Assembly (NCBI GenBank): GCA_963737905.1
Contig: CAVTUQ010000015.1
Coordinates: forward strand, 1 to 64,000
Reading direction: 5' to 3'
DNA length: 64,000 nt
Source of the DNA: an uncultured delta proteobacterium
GTDB lineage: Bacteria > Desulfobacterota > Binatia > UBA9968
Numbering within the stretch: the first letter of the stretch is position 1; every line of letters starts with the position of its first letter. Under the pieces are notes generated by a model. That model saw only the letters and a program-made list of their open reading frames with translations. It ran no database searches and was not told where the DNA came from. This document shows, piece by piece, positions 8,251 through 19,378 of this stretch. Both the position numbers and the translations under genes were made by a program.

Positions 8251-9345
8251 ATGAAACGAAGAGATTTTCTAAAGCAGGGGCTAACGATTTCTGCCGGGTT
8301 GGCTCTTGGTGGCATCCCAAAATTAACCCGTTTGGCAAACGCCGATGACCCGACGAAATGGCGTACCTTTGAAGTCACCACCAAAGTCGAAGTCATCAAT
8401 GCGGTGGGTGCGCCGCGGGCTTGGGTTCCGTTACCGGTTCTTAATAACACGGATTATTTTAAACGCGACGGCGACAAATGGACCGGGAACTACAAGAATG
8501 TACGCTCTGTGCAATACGATAAATACGGTACGGGTTTACTATTCGCCGAGTGGTCGCCATCGGAGAAAGCCCCTGTGTTGGAAGTCACGAGCCGTTTTAT
8601 GACTCGCGACCGCCACGTGGATTTAAGCAAGAAGCCTGATTCGGCGGTTAACGAAGACAAGGCCACTTTGGATTATTTTCGAAGACCGACCAAGCTTATT
8701 CGCACCGATGGCATCGTGGCGGAAACATCCCGTCAGATCACCACCGGATATAAGAACGACGTTGACAAAGCTCGGGCGATTTACGAATGGATCGTAGACA
8801 ACACTTTTCGTGATGCTAACGTTCGTGGCTGCGGCATCGGTGATATCTCGACCATGCTCCGGACCGGCTATCTCGGCGGCAAGTGTGCTGATTTAAATGC
8901 GCTCTACGTTGGCCTTGCGCGGGCGGCGGGCTTGCCGGCGCGTGACGCCTATGGAGTGCGCTGCGCCACATCGTCAGAATTCAAGAGTCTCGGCGCTGCG
9001 GATAACATTACCAAGGCCCAACACTGCCGAGCTGAGGTCTATCTCGCGGGTTTCGGTTGGGTGCCGGTAGACCCGGCCGACGTGCGCAAGGTGGTGTTGG
9101 AAGAGAACAAGCCGGACAAGCTTCCACTTGACGATCCCAAAGTTAAAAAGGCGCGTGCCAAACTGTTCGGCGCTTGGGAGATGAACTGGCTGCTCTATAA
9201 CTATTCTCATGATGTGAAGTTGCCCAACTCCAACGGGCCGGAAGTCGGGTTTCTCATGTATCCGCAGGCCGAGGAAGCTAACGGACGGCGCGATAGTCTC
9301 GATCCGGATAACTTCAAATACACGATCAAGGCAAAGGAAATTTAG
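8251..9345 (+). CDS. Tat-exported transglutaminase-like cysteine protease domain protein
   Basis: MKRRDFLK twin-arginine signal; triad motifs GKCADLN, QHCRAE, VDPAD. Confidence 0.85.
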   Translation: MKRRDFLKQGLTISAGLALGGIPKLTRLANADDPTKWRTFEVTTKVEVINAVGAPRAWVPLPVLNNTDYFKRDGDKWTGNYKNVRSVQYDKYGTGLLFAEWSPSEKAPVLEVTSRFMTRDRHVDLSKKPDSAVNEDKATLDYFRRPTKLIRTDGIVAETSRQITTGYKNDVDKARAIYEWIVDNTFRDANVRGCGIGDISTMLRTGYLGGKCADLNALYVGLARAAGLPARDAYGVRCATSSEFKSLGAADNITKAQHCRAEVYLAGFGWVPVDPADVRKVVLEENKPDKLPLDDPKVKKARAKLFGAWEMNWLLYNYSHDVKLPNSNGPEVGFLMYPQAEEANGRRDSLDPDNFKYTIKAKEI

Positions 9346-9430
9346 CGCAAACCTAATTCTTTAGAGTTTGGAAATTGTGAGGCCTCCACTGCGTTGGGGG
9401 CCTTGCTGCATTTAAGGAAAGGAAAAAGAC

Positions 9431-9727
9431 ATGAAAACTTTGACACTGGTTGGTTTAATTTGGTCCGTGTTGTCGTTCGCCCCGGCACATGCGCTCACCG
9501 TGGATGAAATCATCAAGCTCAAGAAAGCCGGAGTGAGCGATACGACCATCGACTTGCTGATCGAGAGAGAGGGCAGCGCCAGGGCTGCAGGGACCTGGCG
9601 CACGAAAGACGGTTGGATCATTCATACAACCGAAGTGCGTGCACCCCGTCCCGCCACCGAGTACGACAACAGAGGGTCCTATCCGATTTCCGTCTCTCCG
9701 GAAATTTATTCGGGTCGCAGGTGGTAG
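9431..9727 (+). CDS. Small secreted hypothetical protein
   Basis: Signal peptide ending AHA; LTVDEIIKLKKAGVSD motif; purine-rich RBS. Confidence 0.7.
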   Translation: MKTLTLVGLIWSVLSFAPAHALTVDEIIKLKKAGVSDTTIDLLIEREGSARAAGTWRTKDGWIIHTTEVRAPRPATEYDNRGSYPISVSPEIYSGRRW

Positions 9728-9739
9728 TAGATTGGGCGA

Positions 9740-10597
9740 TCAACTCTGGATCGCCGTCTCGATGGCCCGCGCCACGTAGACATGAGTCAAATGAGCGCGG
9801 TACTCGCTGGAACCGTTAATGTCCTCGATGACATCCACGTTGCGGGTCGATTCCGCGGAGGCAACTTCAATCAGCTTCGAGTCAAGTTTCTGCCCGGTGA
9901 GCATTCGCTCGACCCGGTCGGCTCGATAAGCTTTATCCGTGACGCCTGTGATCCCCAGGGCGATTCGGTTGCACAGGCCCGATGGATCCAGCGCGATGCG
10001 CACGGCGACGCCGACCACGGCAAATCCCGACGATCGCGGCGCCGCTTTTAAATAGGCGGTCTTATCGTCGCCCGTGACGGGTACTTTGAGTGCCGTCACG
10101 ACTTCGTCTGGTTCTAGAACACTCATCAGAAGGCCCAGAAAAAAATCCTCGCACTTGACCCAACGCTCGCCACTGGGGCCGGCAATTCCAATCTCCGCAT
10201 CCAGCGCCATAATCGAAGGGGGCCAATCTCCGGCCGGGTCAGCGTGAGCGATACTGCCGCCGATGGTGCCGCGATTGCGCACTTGCACGTCGGCGATCGT
10301 GGTCGCGGTTTGCGGCAGCAGTGGACATTTCTTTTTGAGCAGTTCGGAATCTTCGATCTGAGCATGGGTGACAAGGGCGCCGATGATCAGGTGATTACCT
10401 TCTTCGGTAATCGAATCGAGGCCGGGTATGCGCCCGATGTCGAGGATGTATCCCGGTTTCGATAGCCGCATCTTCATCAGCGGCAGCAAGCTCTGGCCGC
10501 CGGAAAGAATTTTTACATCGTCTTTGTGCGCGGACAGATATTTTACCGCGTCGCTGAGCGAGCGCGGAGCGTAGTACTCAAACGAACCGGGGATCAT
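9740..10597 (-). CDS. Xanthine dehydrogenase family FAD-binding subunit (CoxM-like)
   Basis: LSGGQSLLP, RNRGTIGGS, HADPAGD. Confidence 0.9.
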   Translation of the reverse strand: MIPGSFEYYAPRSLSDAVKYLSAHKDDVKILSGGQSLLPLMKMRLSKPGYILDIGRIPGLDSITEEGNHLIIGALVTHAQIEDSELLKKKCPLLPQTATTIADVQVRNRGTIGGSIAHADPAGDWPPSIMALDAEIGIAGPSGERWVKCEDFFLGLLMSVLEPDEVVTALKVPVTGDDKTAYLKAAPRSSGFAVVGVAVRIALDPSGLCNRIALGITGVTDKAYRADRVERMLTGQKLDSKLIEVASAESTRNVDVIEDINGSSEYRAHLTHVYVARAIETAIQS

Positions 10598-10599
10598 GA

Positions 10600-13033
10600 C
10601 TAAAAAGACCTCCGCTCTTTTTCAGGATTATGATTCGCCAGCCGCCAGACCAATTCGGGAGTAAGGGGAAGGTCGCAGACCTTTACGCCGAATGGTTTGA
10701 GCGCGTCCTCCACCGCGCTGGCGATGGCCGCGGGTGAGGGGATCGCCGCTCCTTCGCCGGCAGCTTTTTGTCCCAGGGATGTGAAGGGAGAAGGGGAGGG
10801 CCGGTGAATGACTTCCACCCGCGGGGTTTCTGCGGTGGAGCACTTGCCATAGTCAAGATAGGTAATCGTCAATGGCTGTCCCTCTGCGCTGTATATAAAA
10901 CCTTCGCCGAGAGCGACCGCAATCCCATGGGCGGCGGAGCCATAGACTTGCCCGTTGACCACATCCGGGTTGATCACCGTGCCATTGTCTCCGACGATGA
11001 GATAGCGCAGCACTTCGACTTTGCCCGTGGCTTTGTCGACTTCGACGACGGCGGCGTGGGCGCCGGCTGAGAAGGTAAACTGCGCGCGCACCAGGCGATC
11101 GGCGTCGGGGATGATATTCGGCTTGGCGTGGGGAAACATGTAGTAGAATGTCGACTCCAGTCCCGGTTCCATATCGTCGGGAATGAGATGCTGATTGTTG
11201 TAGGCGATGCGGCCAAGTTCGGCGAAGGTGATTTGTTTCGCCGCGGCGCCGGGTACCTTTACGACACTGTCTTCGATGGTCAATTCGGACGGGTCCACCT
11301 TGAGATTGAACGCCGAGAGCTTGAGAATCTTTTCCCGCAGGCGGGTGGCGGCGCCGTGGATCGCGCCGATGTCGTAGAGATGAAAGTTATTACCGCTATT
11401 CGCCGCGGCCACGCCCCATGCAGACAAGTCACTATCGAAGGGAATGGCGGTGCTGATCTTATCTGGCGTGGAACCGAGAATCTCCGCCGCTACTTGGGCC
11501 GTGGTGGTCTCATGAGCTTGGCCGCAGTTGGGCGATCCGAGGTGAAGCGACAGGCTGCCGTTCTTCTCCAATTTGATCTTAGCGCCGTTAATGCCGCCGG
11601 AACCGGGCGGTTCTTTCATCTCTGGGAAGATCGCCATATCGCGGGCGGCGTTTCGCCCGCCGGGTTCGACGCCGATGACGATACCAATGCCCATGAGCTT
11701 TCCTTGCTCGCGTGCATTTTTTTGCTGATCGCGCAGCTTGTCGTAATCAATCTTTTCCAGCAGGGTAGAAAGCAATCCCGGATAGTCGCCGCTGTCGTAC
11801 ACATTACCGCTGATCGTGCGGTAGGGCATTTGGTTGGGTTGGATAAAGTTCTTACGACGCACTTCGATAGGGCTCAGCTCCAGCGCTTGAGCCACCCGAT
11901 CCATCATGCGTTCCCAGATATAGCACATGCCGGGCTTGCCGATGCCGCGGTTGGGAATGACCGGGCATTTATTCGTCACCACCGCATGGCCGATCATGTG
12001 AATGGCCGGTGTCCGATAGGTGTTGGAAAGATTGTTGAGCTTGTTGGTGAAATGGATCGTCAAGGTGCTGATCGAGCCGCCGACATCGTCATATTCCTTG
12101 AAGCGAAGACCGAGGACGGTGCCATCATTCTTGACTGCGGCCTCGGCTTCGAACTCCTGAGCGCAGGCATGGCCGCCGGCCATCATATGCTCGCTCCGAT
12201 CTTCGATCCATTTGACCGGCCGGCCGGTTTTCATCGCCAGCAAGCGACACCAAGACAACGTATTTGCGAATCAAATGAATCTTTTGACCGAAGCCGCCGC
12301 CGACATCCGGAATGATCACGCGAATATCTTGCAGGCCTAAGGCTTCGCGCAAACCGTCGTAAATGACTTCCGGCACTTGCGCTGTCACCCAAACGATCAA
12401 CCGTTTGCTCGCTGCGTCGTAGGAAGCAATGACGTTGAACGGTTCCAGCGGCGTCGAGCTGTAGCGATGAATCTTTAAGTTTTCCTTGACCACACGGTCG
12501 GCGGATTTAAACGCGGCCTCGATGTCACCGTATTGAAGCGATCCTTGCCAGGCGAGGTTGGTACCCAATTCATCAAATAATGTTGCCGACGACGGCTTGA
12601 TCGCTTCGCGCACGTCGACCACGGCTCGGAGCGGCTCGTAGTCGACTTGAATCAGCTCTAGCGCGTCTTCCGCCGTGCCACGGTCGCGCGCCGCCACCGC
12701 GCCGAGGGGCTCGCCGACGTAACGGACTTTTTCGACGGCGCTGGCATATTCGTCGACGGGACGCTTAAGACCGGCGGCATACCTTCCCGGTTTAAAGGGT
12801 TTGGTAAGTTGCTTCACATCCTCCGGCGTGATCACCGCCATCACATTCGGGTTTTTGAGCGCTTCGGAGGGATCGACGGAATTAATCTTCGCGTGGGCGT
12901 GGGGGCTCCGCAAAATCATCGCCTGGAGCATACCGGGTAGGCGGAAATCATCCGTATAGAGACCCCGGCCCGTAACGTGACGGGGACCTTCCTTGCTCCG
13001 GGTGCGCGCACCGATGTATTTTGTGTCAGCCAT
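10600..13033 (-). CDS. Xanthine dehydrogenase family molybdopterin subunit (frameshift ~12242)
   Basis: LRSPHAHA and DVGGGFGQK in ORF 12125-13033; RPVKWIEDRSE and KAAGEG in ORF 10600-12258; one extra base at TCGCTTGCTG. Confidence 0.85.
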
Positions 13034-13056
13034 AAATCGTTACCTTTTAAGGGGAT

Positions 13057-13199
13057 AAATCCGAAATTCCAATATCGAAATCCGAAACAAACGGAAAAGC
13101 CAAATCCGAATAACAAAATTCAAAACACGGCAGGTTTCAGATATTTGGATTTTGAGCATTTAGGATTGTTTCGAATTTAGGATTTCGAATTTCGGATTT
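13057..13199. repeat. Periodic 7-mer (AAATCCG-like) imperfect inverted repeat element
   Basis: AAATCCGAAATTCCAATATCGAAATCCGAAACAA ... TTGTTTCGAATTTAGGATTTCGAATTTCGGATTT. Confidence 0.75.
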
Positions 13200-13659
13200 G
13201 CGCCTTTGCTGCTTCCTTTACGGCTTCAACGATCTGCACGTAGCCGGTGCACATACAAAGATTGCCAGCCAATGCTTTGCGAATCTCTTCTTCGGATGGA
13301 TTTGGATTACGCTGCAGGAGGGCATGGCTGGTCATTACCATGCCCGGCGTGCAGTAGCCGCATTGAAAAGCATAATGCTTGACGAACGCTTCCTGGATCG
13401 AATTCAGCTCACCGTCTTTTGCCAGACCTTCGACCGTGGTGACTTCGCGGTCATCCGCTTGCACGGCGAAATGAAGACAGGATTTGACGACTCTGCCATC
13501 GAGCAGCACGGAGCAGGCGCCGCACTCGCCGACGACACAGCCGACGTGGGTGCCGGTGAGCCCGATATTCTCGCGCAGAAAGTGCGAGAGCAGGAGACGC
13601 GGCTCGACGTCTTCCTCGTACAGACGCCTGTTAATCGTAACGCGAATAGTCTGTTTCAT
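13177..13659 (-). CDS. (2Fe-2S) subunit, CoxS-like
   Basis: GCVVGECGACSV, QCGYCTPG, GNLCMCTGY. Confidence 0.92.
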   Translation of the reverse strand: MKQTIRVTINRRLYEEDVEPRLLLSHFLRENIGLTGTHVGCVVGECGACSVLLDGRVVKSCLHFAVQADDREVTTVEGLAKDGELNSIQEAFVKHYAFQCGYCTPGMVMTSHALLQRNPNPSEEEIRKALAGNLCMCTGYVQIVEAVKEAAKAQIRNSKS

Positions 13660-13850
13660 AGCCGGTTAAAGTAAACCGAGTAAACCCTCAGGTCAACTGA
13701 ACACCCTTCTCCTGCAAAAGGCGAAGCCTCAGTCTCTTGTCCGCTCCGAGATGATCTATTTCCTGCCATTTCTGAGATCGTGTCGCAATCCGCTCCGGAG
13801 GTGCAGAGATTGCTGAGCGATTGTACGTTGAGCCTGGACGGGAGGCCGAC

Positions 13851-14217
13851 CTACTCTTCCACCTGCGTGGTCGTGCTCCCTTTCGCGGTTAAAGCAATGT
13901 GAGAGAATGAGGAATCAGGCGTGGCCCCGTGCCAATGTTTCTCTTCCGCCGGAATGTGCACGACATCTCCCACGCTGATGACTTCCTGGTCGCGTTTCCG
14001 TGGCGATGATACCCTTGCCAGCGGTGACAAACAGCACCTGGTCGCTGCTATGGATGTGCATTTTGTTCCGTGCACCGGCGCTGAAATTGACGACGGCAAG
14101 ATTAAAGTCGTTGCTCATCTCAGGCGTTAGCAGCGTTTGTCGGGTCACGGGCCCGCCCGTGAACAAGGGACTATTCGCTGGTTCCGCGGGAATCGCGTCG
14201 GGTTTGAGTACCTTCAT
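13851..14217 (-). CDS. Cupin domain protein (frameshift ~13996)
   Basis: MHIHSSDQ in one frame, GDVVHIPAEEKHWHGA in the other. Confidence 0.8.
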
Positions 14218-14323
14218 TGGACTATCCTCCTTTGAGACTCTGGCTTTTCATGCAACTCTCAGTTTTGACTCTACTATTCTCATTTTAGCTTCTCCACAGC
14301 CCGAGGGGCCAGCCAGCATCTGA

Positions 14324-15214
14324 TCACCTTCGCCGCGCTTCTCTGGCCAATGCTTCAATGTAGTGTTGATCCGTCCCACAACAGCCGCCCAGAATGGTGA
14401 GATCGAATTCGCGTGCGCACGCGAATTCGTCTCGTGCCCAGGTCTGACAATCGGTTGCAGCCAGATGATTCAGTTTATCGAGTTCTTCGGGAGAGAGAGG
14501 TGATGCGTTCGCCTTCAATCCGCGAACGCGCGCAACGATACCCGGTCGTGCGGCACGCAAGGCTCGCAGTGCCGATTGCGCGTGCGTGGGGTAAAGACAG
14601 CCGATCATGTAGTGTTGCGGTGCCGGGGAAACGCCAGCATCGATAGACGCGATCGCTTCTGCGAGCGCAGTGCCGTCAAGCATCGTGCCGTCCGGGTGCA
14701 GCATCGGCGCCAGCGCATACGGCCGTCCGGTTTGTGCCATGGCGCGGGCGACGCCATATAGCTCCGAAAATGCCGGAAACGTCGGCGCGTAAAGCAGATC
14801 GACATTCCGTTCCGCATGCGTTTCCGCCTGCTCGCAATGATAAGCGAAGGCATCTTCCGCGTTCAGCGCTTCGCCAGGCGCATAACCATCCGAAGCCGGG
14901 CCGATTACCCCCGCAACAATAATCCGTGCGCCAGACGCTTGCTGTGCCACCTCGCGTACGAGTTCGACGGCCGCCGCATTGACCTTAACAACATCGTTTG
15001 TCCATTTGCGACTGGCGCGCCATGTCGGAGTGCCAAGCTGGATCGGTAATCCATATCGAACGCCCACGTCTGCGTAACTCTGATAGATCTGCCGAAGGAT
15101 GTCGCGTCCCGATTCATCTTCGAGCAATTCGAATGATTCGAAGTCGTCGATGGCGTACTTGAATTCATAGATGATTCGCGTCTCGATGCCGCCGTCAGTG
15201 AGTGTAATTGTCAT
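14324..15214 (-). CDS. Homocysteine S-methyltransferase family protein
   Basis: LTDGGIET N-terminus; IGC and GGCCGT zinc ligands. Confidence 0.85.
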   Translation of the reverse strand: MTITLTDGGIETRIIYEFKYAIDDFESFELLEDESGRDILRQIYQSYADVGVRYGLPIQLGTPTWRASRKWTNDVVKVNAAAVELVREVAQQASGARIIVAGVIGPASDGYAPGEALNAEDAFAYHCEQAETHAERNVDLLYAPTFPAFSELYGVARAMAQTGRPYALAPMLHPDGTMLDGTALAEAIASIDAGVSPAPQHYMIGCLYPTHAQSALRALRAARPGIVARVRGLKANASPLSPEELDKLNHLAATDCQTWARDEFACAREFDLTILGGCCGTDQHYIEALAREARRR

Positions 15215-15247
15215 CGCGACCCTTGGCCGTTTTTACTCCCGTGCTGT

Positions 15248-16111
15248 TTAATGATCCACCATGGTCCGCCGCTCGATTTCCAAGAGACGCTCCAGGCCAC
15301 TGGTCCTGTGCGCGGCTTTCATCTCCCTGTCGGCGCCGCCCGGTCCCAGGAAAGGGTCTATTTTTCCTTGCGCCAAACAGTCATAGGACTGGCGCACGGC
15401 TTTGACCATAGCTGCGAAAGCCGTGCCGGAGGAGGCGGCAAGGCGGTAGCCAAGACCGGCCAGATCCCGGGGTGAGTAGAGAAATCCGGAAAAACCGTCA
15501 GCCGGCGCGAAGGTCATGAGCGGCGGTGGCAGGCGCTCGCCGACGATGCGCATCTCTTCGGCATTGCGCGTGTGGACGAACAGCATGTCAGCGCCCCCTC
15601 TGTGAAAGGCTTCCGCACGGCGCAAGGCCTCGTCGAGATCATGGACCCGCCTTGCGTTTGTCCGAGCGATGATCACGAAATCGGGATCGGTGCGTGCCGC
15701 GATCGCCTCGGCGATTTTCTTCAGCATTAGCTCAGTTGGGATCAGATGATCGACACCGACATGATGCTCGACACGGCGAGGCAGCAGCTGGTCCTCGATC
15801 TCGATTGCGGCGAAGCCCGCCGCTTCAGCAAGAGCGATCGTGCGGTGCACGTGCACAGGATCGCCCCACCCGCCGCCCGCATCCAGGACGATCGGTAGTT
15901 GGCACACGGAGCGCATGTCGAGCCCCACCGCGGCCAGTTCCGGCAGCGTGAGATTGGCTTCGGTGACGCATTTCAGCCAGCCGAGCGATCCGCCGCTGAG
16001 ATAGAGCGCTTTGAACCCGGCCTCCTCGGCAAGCCGCGCCATGATCGGATTGAGCGCTACCGGAGCGACGATAAGTTCATTCCCCCGTATCAGTTCACTG
16101 AACTTTTGCAT
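15248..16111 (-). CDS. Isocitrate lyase / PEP mutase family protein
   Basis: LYLSGG, VLDAGGGWG, IEIEDQ, IIARTNA; RBS GGAGG. Confidence 0.85.
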   Translation of the reverse strand: MQKFSELIRGNELIVAPVALNPIMARLAEEAGFKALYLSGGSLGWLKCVTEANLTLPELAAVGLDMRSVCQLPIVLDAGGGWGDPVHVHRTIALAEAAGFAAIEIEDQLLPRRVEHHVGVDHLIPTELMLKKIAEAIAARTDPDFVIIARTNARRVHDLDEALRRAEAFHRGGADMLFVHTRNAEEMRIVGERLPPPLMTFAPADGFSGFLYSPRDLAGLGYRLAASSGTAFAAMVKAVRQSYDCLAQGKIDPFLGPGGADREMKAAHRTSGLERLLEIERRTMVDH

Positions 16112-16146
16112 GTTGCCTCCTACGCCGCGGCTCTCTGATCTCTCAT

Positions 16147-17007
16147 TCAAGGCAGGCGCTGAACGGCCTCCTGGGCGGCGCGACAGACTAAGACCTTGAC
16201 CATCTCACGTTTGTACTGCGCCGAGCCCCGGTTGTCGTCCATGGGATCGCATTCCGTCGCGGCAACGTCGCCCATTTTTCGGAGAGCGGTATCGTCGATC
16301 GATTTCCCACGCAGGACTTCTTCGGCTTTTTTGGCGCGCACGATGGTTGGCGCGACGGAGTTAAGGCCTAGCCGGACATCCTCGCAGGTGCCGTTCTTGG
16401 CTTGCAATGTAATCGCGACGCCGACCGTTGCGAAGTCCTCGACGCTGCGCGGGGTGAATTTAATATGGGACCAGCCCGGTCTTTGCGGTGGCGGGACATG
16501 GATCTCCGTTAGCAATTCACCCGGTTCTAGAGCGGTTTGATAATAGTCGATGAAAAACTCGTCCAAGCGGAGTCTTCGTTGACCCTTGCTGCTGGAAAGG
16601 ATCACTTCCGCATCGAGGGCAATCAAACTTGCGCCGGGATCGGTCAATGGGTCGCCGCCGGCAAGATTGCCGCCCACCGTGCCCATGTTACGGATGCGTG
16701 GCTGGGCAACCTTACGAAAAGTTTCATGGAGCAAGGGATAGTGCTTCTGTATGACAGTGGAAAGCTCAATGTCACGATGCCGCGCACCCGCACCGATGCG
16801 GAGGCCGTCGTTGCTGTTGTAAGTGATTCGGTCGAGCTTCGGGATACGCGCCAAGCTGATGACGATCTTGGGCATGAGCAAGCGCTGGCGCATCATGATG
16901 ATCAAAGACGTGCCGCCGGCGATGACGCGTGCGTCTTCGCCGTGCCTCTCCATCAAACTGAAGGCTTTTTTAAGAGTTGTCGGCTCGTGGTAGTCAAATT
17001 TGATCAT
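16147..17007 (-). CDS. Xanthine dehydrogenase family FAD-binding subunit
   Basis: IAGGTSL, RIRNMGTVGGN. Confidence 0.9.
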   Translation of the reverse strand: MIKFDYHEPTTLKKAFSLMERHGEDARVIAGGTSLIIMMRQRLLMPKIVISLARIPKLDRITYNSNDGLRIGAGARHRDIELSTVIQKHYPLLHETFRKVAQPRIRNMGTVGGNLAGGDPLTDPGASLIALDAEVILSSSKGQRRLRLDEFFIDYYQTALEPGELLTEIHVPPPQRPGWSHIKFTPRSVEDFATVGVAITLQAKNGTCEDVRLGLNSVAPTIVRAKKAEEVLRGKSIDDTALRKMGDVAATECDPMDDNRGSAQYKREMVKVLVCRAAQEAVQRLP

Positions 17008-19289
17008 GATTTGTTCTTTTCTCTGAGGGCCCGAAGAATCTTTTCCGGCGTGATCGGCAAGGTCTTGATTCGCACGCCTACGGCGTCGAAGATCGCGTTG
17101 TTGATCACCGCTGCCGTGGGGTCCATGTTGAGCTCGCCCAATCCCTTGGCGCCGAATGGACCCGTCGGCTCGTAGGAATCGGCAAAGGCATGCTGCAGCG
17201 GCGGCATATCCCGCATGGACGGGATGCGGTAATCGGAAAAATTCGGGTTTATCGGCCTTCCTTCGTCGATCTGCAATCCTTCCGTGAGCGCGTATCCAAT
17301 GCCCTGAGCCAGCCCGCCTTCGACCTGGCCTTCGGCGCCGATGGGATAGATGACGGTGCCGCAGTCCGACGCGACGACAAAGTTGAGGACTTTCACTTGT
17401 CCTGTTTCAGGATCGACGTGAACCTGGGCGGCTTGGGCACCGTAATTATAGGCGCCGGACTCGTTGCCAAAGCGCGTGCTATCGGGCAATACGGAATCGG
17501 CATCGAAACTACCCGAGCCGACAATAGGTGCGCCGTTGTGACGGAACAGTCGCGCGCGCGCCACGTCGGCAACAGTTACAGACTTGCCGCCTTCCGCGCC
17601 TTTGACGAAAATTTTACCGTCGCGGGACATGAGATCCTGAGGATTGGCTTCCAGCATCTCGCCTGCCTGCTCGAAAAGTTGCTGCTTGACATTCGAAGCC
17701 GCATTCTTCACGGCATTGCCGCTCACATAGGTAAGCCGGCTGGCGAAGGCGCCCAAACAAAAAGTCGTGAGGTCAGTGTCTGCGCGGGAAATCTCGACAT
17801 CTTCGACCCGCACGCCAAGCTCTTCGGCAGCGATTTGGCACATCGCGGTGTGAGCGCCCTGGCCGCATTCACCCTCGCCACTTAGAATTAAAGCCTTGCC
17901 ATCTTCATTGATTTTTATCGTGGCGGAGCTGCCGTCGTAGTCGCCGAAATGACGTTTGCCGCTGACATGAACAGTGCACGCCAGGCCCAATCCGGTATTC
18001 GGCTGTTTATTAGCGCGCCTGGCTTTCCAGTCGATCATTTTATCGACCATGTCGAGACATTGCTTCAGCTCGCAGCTCGTGACTCGGTTGCCGTGAGGGG
18101 AGACATAGCCGACTTCAGCGGCGTTTATTCGGGCAATCTCGATGGGGTCGATGCCGAGTTCGTGGGCACCGAGATCGATGGCTTGCTCGACCGCCCATTC
18201 CGCCGACGGATTGCCGAAACCGCGAAACGCGCCGGTGGGAATCTTGTTTGTATAAACCAATAACGCTTCGGTCTTAACGTCCGAATATTTGTAGCAAGTA
18301 TCGTGGCGCATCGCGGCGACTCCGGTGATCGCGGGAGCTTTAGCTGAGTATGCGCCATTGTCGGCGATCGCTTTGATATGCTTGGCGCGGATACGGCCAT
18401 CCTTCTTGAAACCCACCTTGACGTTAATCTTCATAAACACACGCGGCCGGCAGCCGGCGAGAAACTCCTCCTCGCGACTATTGATCAGTTTTACCGGCTT
18501 GCCGGCTTTTTTTGCGAGAACGGCTGCAACCAGGGCGTTGTTGTCGTCGCAGGATTTGCCGCCGAATCCGCCGCCTACGGCGCTTTGGATGACACGCACA
18601 TCCGATTCCGGCACACCCAACGCCGCGGCGATTCGCAGGCGCGCGCTAAACAGCGTCTGCGTGTTCATGTAGATCGTGTATTTCCCGTTGGCGCCGTATT
18701 CGGCGACGCTGCCGATGGTTTCGATCGAGCAGTGCCACTGGGGCATGCTCGTAAAGGTGTCTTCGACGATCACGTCGGACTCGGCGAACGCTTGGGCGAT
18801 GTTGCCGCGTTCGATGTTCATGGTCATCGCGATATTATTTGGCTTGTCATCATGCACGAGTGGTGCGGTGTCTTTCATTGCCTCCTCGGCGTCAAAGACC
18901 CCGGGAAGAGGTTCCCAATCCACTTCAATGAGATCGATGGCCTCCTCGGCGATATCGGGATCGATGGCCGCCACGGCGGCGACTTCTTCGCCGACATAGC
19001 GGGCTTTGCCGACGGAAAGTATGTACTGATCGGCGAAGAAAGCTCCCCAGGGGCGCTTGATGGTGTCTTCCGCCGTGACCACGGCGCGCACGCCGCGAAG
19101 CTTTGCCGCTTTACTAATATCGATATGGCGGATGCGCGCGTGCGGATAGGGGCTTCTCAAAACTCGCCCGATGAGCGTGCCGGGTAGCTGGATATCGGCG
19201 ATAAACTTCGATTCGCCGGTAACTTTGTCGAAACCTTCGACTCGCTGGACGCGCTGTCCGACGATGGAGAATTTTTCGGGTTTTGCCAT
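17004..19289 (-). CDS. Xanthine dehydrogenase family molybdopterin subunit (HcrA/nicotinate-dehydrogenase-like)
   Basis: GGGFGGK, AFRGFGNP, GAFASR, GPFGAKGLGE. Confidence 0.9.
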   Translation of the reverse strand: MAKPEKFSIVGQRVQRVEGFDKVTGESKFIADIQLPGTLIGRVLRSPYPHARIRHIDISKAAKLRGVRAVVTAEDTIKRPWGAFFADQYILSVGKARYVGEEVAAVAAIDPDIAEEAIDLIEVDWEPLPGVFDAEEAMKDTAPLVHDDKPNNIAMTMNIERGNIAQAFAESDVIVEDTFTSMPQWHCSIETIGSVAEYGANGKYTIYMNTQTLFSARLRIAAALGVPESDVRVIQSAVGGGFGGKSCDDNNALVAAVLAKKAGKPVKLINSREEEFLAGCRPRVFMKINVKVGFKKDGRIRAKHIKAIADNGAYSAKAPAITGVAAMRHDTCYKYSDVKTEALLVYTNKIPTGAFRGFGNPSAEWAVEQAIDLGAHELGIDPIEIARINAAEVGYVSPHGNRVTSCELKQCLDMVDKMIDWKARRANKQPNTGLGLACTVHVSGKRHFGDYDGSSATIKINEDGKALILSGEGECGQGAHTAMCQIAAEELGVRVEDVEISRADTDLTTFCLGAFASRLTYVSGNAVKNAASNVKQQLFEQAGEMLEANPQDLMSRDGKIFVKGAEGGKSVTVADVARARLFRHNGAPIVGSGSFDADSVLPDSTRFGNESGAYNYGAQAAQVHVDPETGQVKVLNFVVASDCGTVIYPIGAEGQVEGGLAQGIGYALTEGLQIDEGRPINPNFSDYRIPSMRDMPPLQHAFADSYEPTGPFGAKGLGELNMDPTAAVINNAIFDAVGVRIKTLPITPEKILRALREKNKS

Positions 19290-19299
19290 ATGAATTGCG

Positions 19300-19372
19300 G
19301 GCAAGGAGATTGGGAGAGGAGGATGAGGGGAGGCAATCTTCCAATCTCCAAGTCTCCTTGTCTCTCTTGCCT
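19300..19372. repeat. Purine/pyrimidine periodic palindrome
   Basis: GGCAAGGAGATTGGGAG ... CTTCCAATCTCCAAGTCTCCTTGTC between subunit genes. Confidence 0.5.
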
Positions 19373-19378
19373 GCTCTC

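Noticed and set aside
11128-12315. Long antisense ORFs (also 36251-37441, 18378-19187)
   Set aside because: Shadows opposite well-supported genes in GC-rich DNA; no motifs
9740-13659. Aerobic CO dehydrogenase (coxMSL)
   Set aside because: No AYxCSFR Cu-binding motif and no cox accessory genes
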